Below are positions 59,917 through 64,000 of a stretch of 64,000 nucleotides of DNA, piece by piece (position 1 is the first letter of the stretch; every line of letters begins with the position of its first letter). The notes beneath the pieces were generated by a model. That model saw only the letters and a program-made list of their open reading frames with translations, did no database searches and had not been told where the DNA came from. Position numbers and translations under genes: made by a program. The DNA is from Cyanophora paradoxa CCMP329 (taxonomy: Eukaryota; Plantae; Glaucophyta), in contig QPMI01000710.1 in the NCBI GenBank assembly GCA_004431415.1, positions 13,989-77,988 on the forward strand, read 5' to 3'.

Positions 59917-62900
59917 ATGCGGCGCGGGGGCGGCCACGGCGGCCGCTGGCAGCCGAGGGACCAGGTTCGTGGCTCGTGCGAGCACGTACACGCTTTCTGG
60001 CCCGCTTCGTGGCCGGAGCCTCGTGCTTGGCCCATGCTGTCGTCGAATCGCACGCCCGCAGGCTCCTGTCGAAGCGGAGGGTGATGCGGTATCGAATGTC
60101 GCACCTCCGGTTCCCGCTCCGGACGCTGCTCAGCGGTCCGGACTCCAAACACTCGCTTCGATCGACAAGCCCGGAGGGGACCAGCAGGCGGCTGCACCAC
60201 AGTCATCGCAGCGTGGATCGCGCGGCGGTCGTGTCGGCGGTGGCGGCCGTGGATCGGAGCCCGCGCCTGCGGATGGCTCGAGCGAGGGCGCCGCTGGGGG
60301 CGGCGGCAGGCCACGCGGGCTCATCTCCGGCGCGGCGGTGCTGAATGCACTCGTGAGCGGCCGCGTGCCCCGGCCCGCCGCCCCGGGCGCGCCCCCTGCC
60401 CGCGTCGTCGAGCGGCAGAAGGCCGACGGTCCGCGTGCGGGCATCCGAGCGCCGCCGGCGACTCCTGAAGCGCGCGGCGCGCAGAGGAGCGTAAGAAGCG
60501 CGAGGCGGACGAAGCGGAGCGGAGGAAGAAGGAGGAGCAGGAGCGCAGGCGCGAGGCCGAGGAGCGGAAGCGGCAGGAGGAGGCCGAGCGCAAGCGCAAG
60601 GCCGAGGAGGCGCGCGGGGCCCGCCCCGGCTCCTCGCGGCGCGGGGCGCTCATGCGGCGCCCGCGCCCGTGCAGGAGGAGCGCCGGCGCAAAGAAGAGGA
60701 GGAGCGGAAGCGGAAGGAGGAGGAGGAGCTCCGGCGCAAGCGCGAGGAGGAGGTGCGGGGCGCGGGGCGGGACGCCCCCGCCAGGCCGCAGGGCGACGCT
60801 CTCCTCCGCGCAGGAGCGGGAGCGGCAGCGCCTGGAGGCCGAGGCCGAGGCGAAGGTGAGCGGGGGGCGCCCGCCGGCCGGCCCCGCCGGCCGCGGCTCA
60901 CGCGCACGGGAAGGCGCGGGCGGAGGAGGCGCGCAAGGCGCTGGAGAAGAAGCTCGCGGACCGCAAGGCGAACCTGGAGGCCGGGCAGAACCGGCCCGGT
61001 GCGCGCGGCGCGGCGCGGCCCCTGCGGTCCCCCGGGCGGGGGCGAGCGTGTGCGGGGGCAGGGGAGGCGTTCATGAAGGGGCTGGACACGTCGCTGAAGC
61101 GGAACACGGCCTTCGTCAAGAAGCTGCGCGACGGCGTCTCCGAGGAGAAGCGCGAGGCCCTCCTCCAGGCCCGCCCCGCCCCGCCCCCGCCCCGCCTCGC
61201 GCCGCTTGCCTGCGCCGGCGCCGGCGCTGATGCCGGGGCGCAGGAGGCGGGGCAGCTGAACCTGACGAAGTACGTGTCGGAGTGCGTCGCGGCGCTCGCC
61301 GAGTCCAAGCTCCGCCTCGCCGACGTCCCCGCCGCCGTCCAGGCCCGCCCGCCCCCCCACGTCCCGCCCGAGCTCGCCGCCCCGCCCCGGCGGCCCCGCG
61401 TCGCTGACGCGGGGCGCGGCAGATTTGCTCGCTGCTGCACCAGCGCTACGCCGACTTCGCCAAAGAGCTCGTCCCCGCCCTCGTCAAGGTGCCGGTCTCC
61501 GCCCCGTGGAGCGGGCCGGCCCTGGCGCGGTCCGAGCCCTGGCGCAGGCCTTCGGGGCGCCGGCCCCCGCGGCCGGCGAGTCCGAGTCGGAGCGCACCGC
61601 CCGCCTGAACCGCAAGAGGCGCGCGGGCCCCGCCCCGCCCCGCTCCCTCCCTCCGCCCTGTAACGCTCCCCCCGGCGCGCAGGGCGGTGATGCGGCTGCT
61701 GGTGGAGCTCTTCGTGTACGGCGTCCACTCCGACTTCGCCGTCGTCCAGACCCTCCTCCGCGACCTCGTCCGCCCCCGGCCCCGCCCCGCCCCGCCCCCC
61801 GCGGCGCCTCCCGTCCCAGCCGGGGCGGGGCGCAGATCCAGGGGGACCCCGCCGTCAACCCCAAGGCGGGCCCCGCGGACCCCGGCTACGCCAACCTCTC
61901 CCTCGTCGTCTCCTTCGCCAAGGCCTGCCCCCCCGCCTCGGAGTCGCCGGCGGCCGCGGGCCCCGCTGAGGCCGCCGGCAGATCGCGGGGGACGACGTGC
62001 TGGGCCTCTCCTCCCGCCAGGCCAACCTCACCCAGGCCCGCCCCCCCGCCCGCGCCCCCCGCCCTTCTTCTCCGAGGTCGCCGGCGGCTGAGGCGGCGGG
62101 TGCGCAGGCGCGGGCGGCGGCGCGGGCGACCTCGCTGGCGGCCGCGGGGCCCGCCCCCGGCGAGGAGGCCGGCGCCCCCAAGGGCCTCGAGGCCGCCACC
62201 CCCGAGCAGCAGAAGCAGGCCCGTCCGGCCCCGGCCCCGCACCCGCCCCGCGCCTCACGTGCGCCTCCGCCCCGCCCCAGGCCTGCGGCATGCTCGACAC
62301 GTACTTCAACTTGATCTCCGAGCACCTGCGCGGCGTCCACCGGGTGCCGCGTTTCCTGCTCCTTCGCGCCCCCCTCCCTGGGCGCCCCGCCTGAGGCCGC
62401 CGCCCCCAGAAACTGCGCTCGGAGGAGCGGGAGGTCCAGCGCGTCCTCGCCTTCAAGGTCCGGGCCTCTCCCTTTGCGGGCGGGCCCCGCGGGCCGGCGA
62501 CGGCGGCGGGCGGGGGCAGGGGGAGCTGGGCGAGGAGCAGTCCTCGGGGTACGACAAGCTGCGGAAGGCCCACGAGAAGCTGCTCGCCTCCGTCACCACG
62601 CGCGCCCGCCCCGCACGCCCGCCCCCGCCCAGCTCGCCCCGCTTAACGGGGCGCCCCGGGGCAGGCTGGCGGAGCTGCTGGGGCGGGAGGTGCCGGAGCT
62701 CCCCGAGGACGAGAACGTCACCCGCATCGTCGAGCAGGCCCGCCCGCCCCGCGGCGCCCGGCCCCTCCTCCTCCTCTCCCGGGGCTGACGCGGCGGCGGG
62801 GGAGCAGGACGCGGCGTCGAAGGAGCGGGAGCGGGAGGCGGCGGCGGCGGCGGCCATGATGGCCCAGCAGGCCACCTTCGTCGTGCGCCCCCGCTCCGCC

Positions 62901-64000
62901 CGCCCCCGCCCGCCCCGGAGCCCTCCACCGTGGGACCCCGAGCCGAGCCCCGGCCTGGCGGGCAGAGCGCGTTCGAGGACGAGGACACGCGGGCCTTCTA
63001 CGAGTCGCTCCCCGACATCCGTGCCTTCGTCCCCGCCATCTGCCTCGACATCCCCAAGGCAGCCTCCGCTCCGCCCGGCAGCCAGCCGCCCCCTCCTTTC
63101 CCTTGGATCTGACCGGCGCGCAGGGGGACGGCAAGGAGGGCGAGGGCGACGAGAAGGAGAAGGAGGAGCGCGGGCGCACGGGCAGCGGCGGGGACAAGGA
63201 CAACAAGGAGAAGGCGGTGCGCGAGGGGGCGCGCGGGGCCTGGCGGGGAATGGGGCCTCATCCTCCGCGCAGGAGAAGGAGAAGGAGAAGGAGAAGGAGA
63301 AGGAGAAGGAGAAGGACGAGAAGAAGGTCTACGAGCCGAGCAGCAATCATATCGCCGAGTAGCTAACGATGTCCACAGGAGAGGGAGAAGGAGAAGGAGA
63401 AGGAGAAGGACGAGGACAAGGGGGCGGCTGCGTCGGCCACCCAGCAGCATCTCGAGCTGCTCCTCGCGCGTGCGCCCTATCCTCCCTCCTACCCGCCCGC
63501 CTTTGCCGAGCCGGCGGGGCGGGGGCGCAGGGCTGCCGTCGTGCGTGAGCCGGGACCTGATCGACCAGTGGGCCGTCGAGTTCTGTTACCTCAACTCCAA
63601 GGCCCGGCCCCTCCCCGGCCCCCGCGCCCCGCCCCACCCTGAGCCCACCCGCAGGCGACGCGGAAGCGGCTCGTGAAGGCGCTCCTCGGGGTCGGCCGCA
63701 ACCAGGTGCCCTCGCTTCTCCCCCGCCCCCCGCCCCCGTCCCGCCGACGGCTGGCGGGCAGCTGGAGCTGCTGCCGCACTACGCGCGGCTGGCGGCCTCC
63801 CTCTCCGCCGTCCTCCGCGACGTCGGTCCGCGCCCCGCCGCCCGCCCCTTCCCTCCTCCTGCTCACCGGGGCGGGCAGGGACGGCGCTGGTGGCGGGCCT
63901 CGAGGAGGAGTTCGCTGACCTCCTCCGCAAGAAGGACCCCATCAACATCGAGTCCAAGATCAAGGCCCGCCCGCCCGCGCCCCTTCCTCCGCCCCTCGCG
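59917..64000 (+). CDS. UPF2: Regulator of nonsense transcripts UPF2 (MIF4G domains), 3' end outside the window
   Basis: LDTSLKRNTAFVKKLR, LNLTKYVSECVAAL, ICSLLHQRYADF, FEDEDTRAFYESLPDIR, LPSCVSRDLIDQWAVEFCYLNSK and LELLPHYARLAASL. The start is tentative. Confidence 0.93.

Noticed and set aside
63268-63420. (GAGAAG)n microsatellite
   Set aside because: It simply encodes an EK-repeat linker of UPF2.

Overview
GC-rich, intron-dense eukaryotic nuclear DNA, most likely a glaucophyte alga such as Cyanophora (inferred from a GPS-type phytochrome, a nuclear cyanobacterial-type MurJ and an MACFV transit peptide). The ORF track is mostly noise, so the gene models were spliced by hand and their ends are approximate. 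Left to right: the end of an AT-rich repetitive element with a 28-bp hairpin; a 5'-truncated Helitron Rep/PIF1 helicase/OTU gene; a TSD-flanked 1-kb insertion and two MITEs; a PAS-GAF-PHY-PAS-HK-REC-REC phytochrome whose canonical bilin Cys appears to become Tyr after splicing; an EXD1-like exonuclease; a plastid repeat protein; MurJ with a possible very long N-terminal extension; a DUF5522-YqeH/NOA1 GTPase fusion; two orphan genes, one carrying an hAT MITE; an unknown gene; an LRR gene; a complete 6.5-kb Ginger/KRBA2-type integrase DNA transposon (109-bp TIRs, no TSD, a second convergent gene, CAACGCA palindromes in its introns); a START-like gene; a small membrane protein; RRP41; a 2H phosphoesterase; and UPF2 (cut by the window end). 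Window-wide oddities are a very high fraction of GC-AG introns and divergent start codons only about 35 bp apart.
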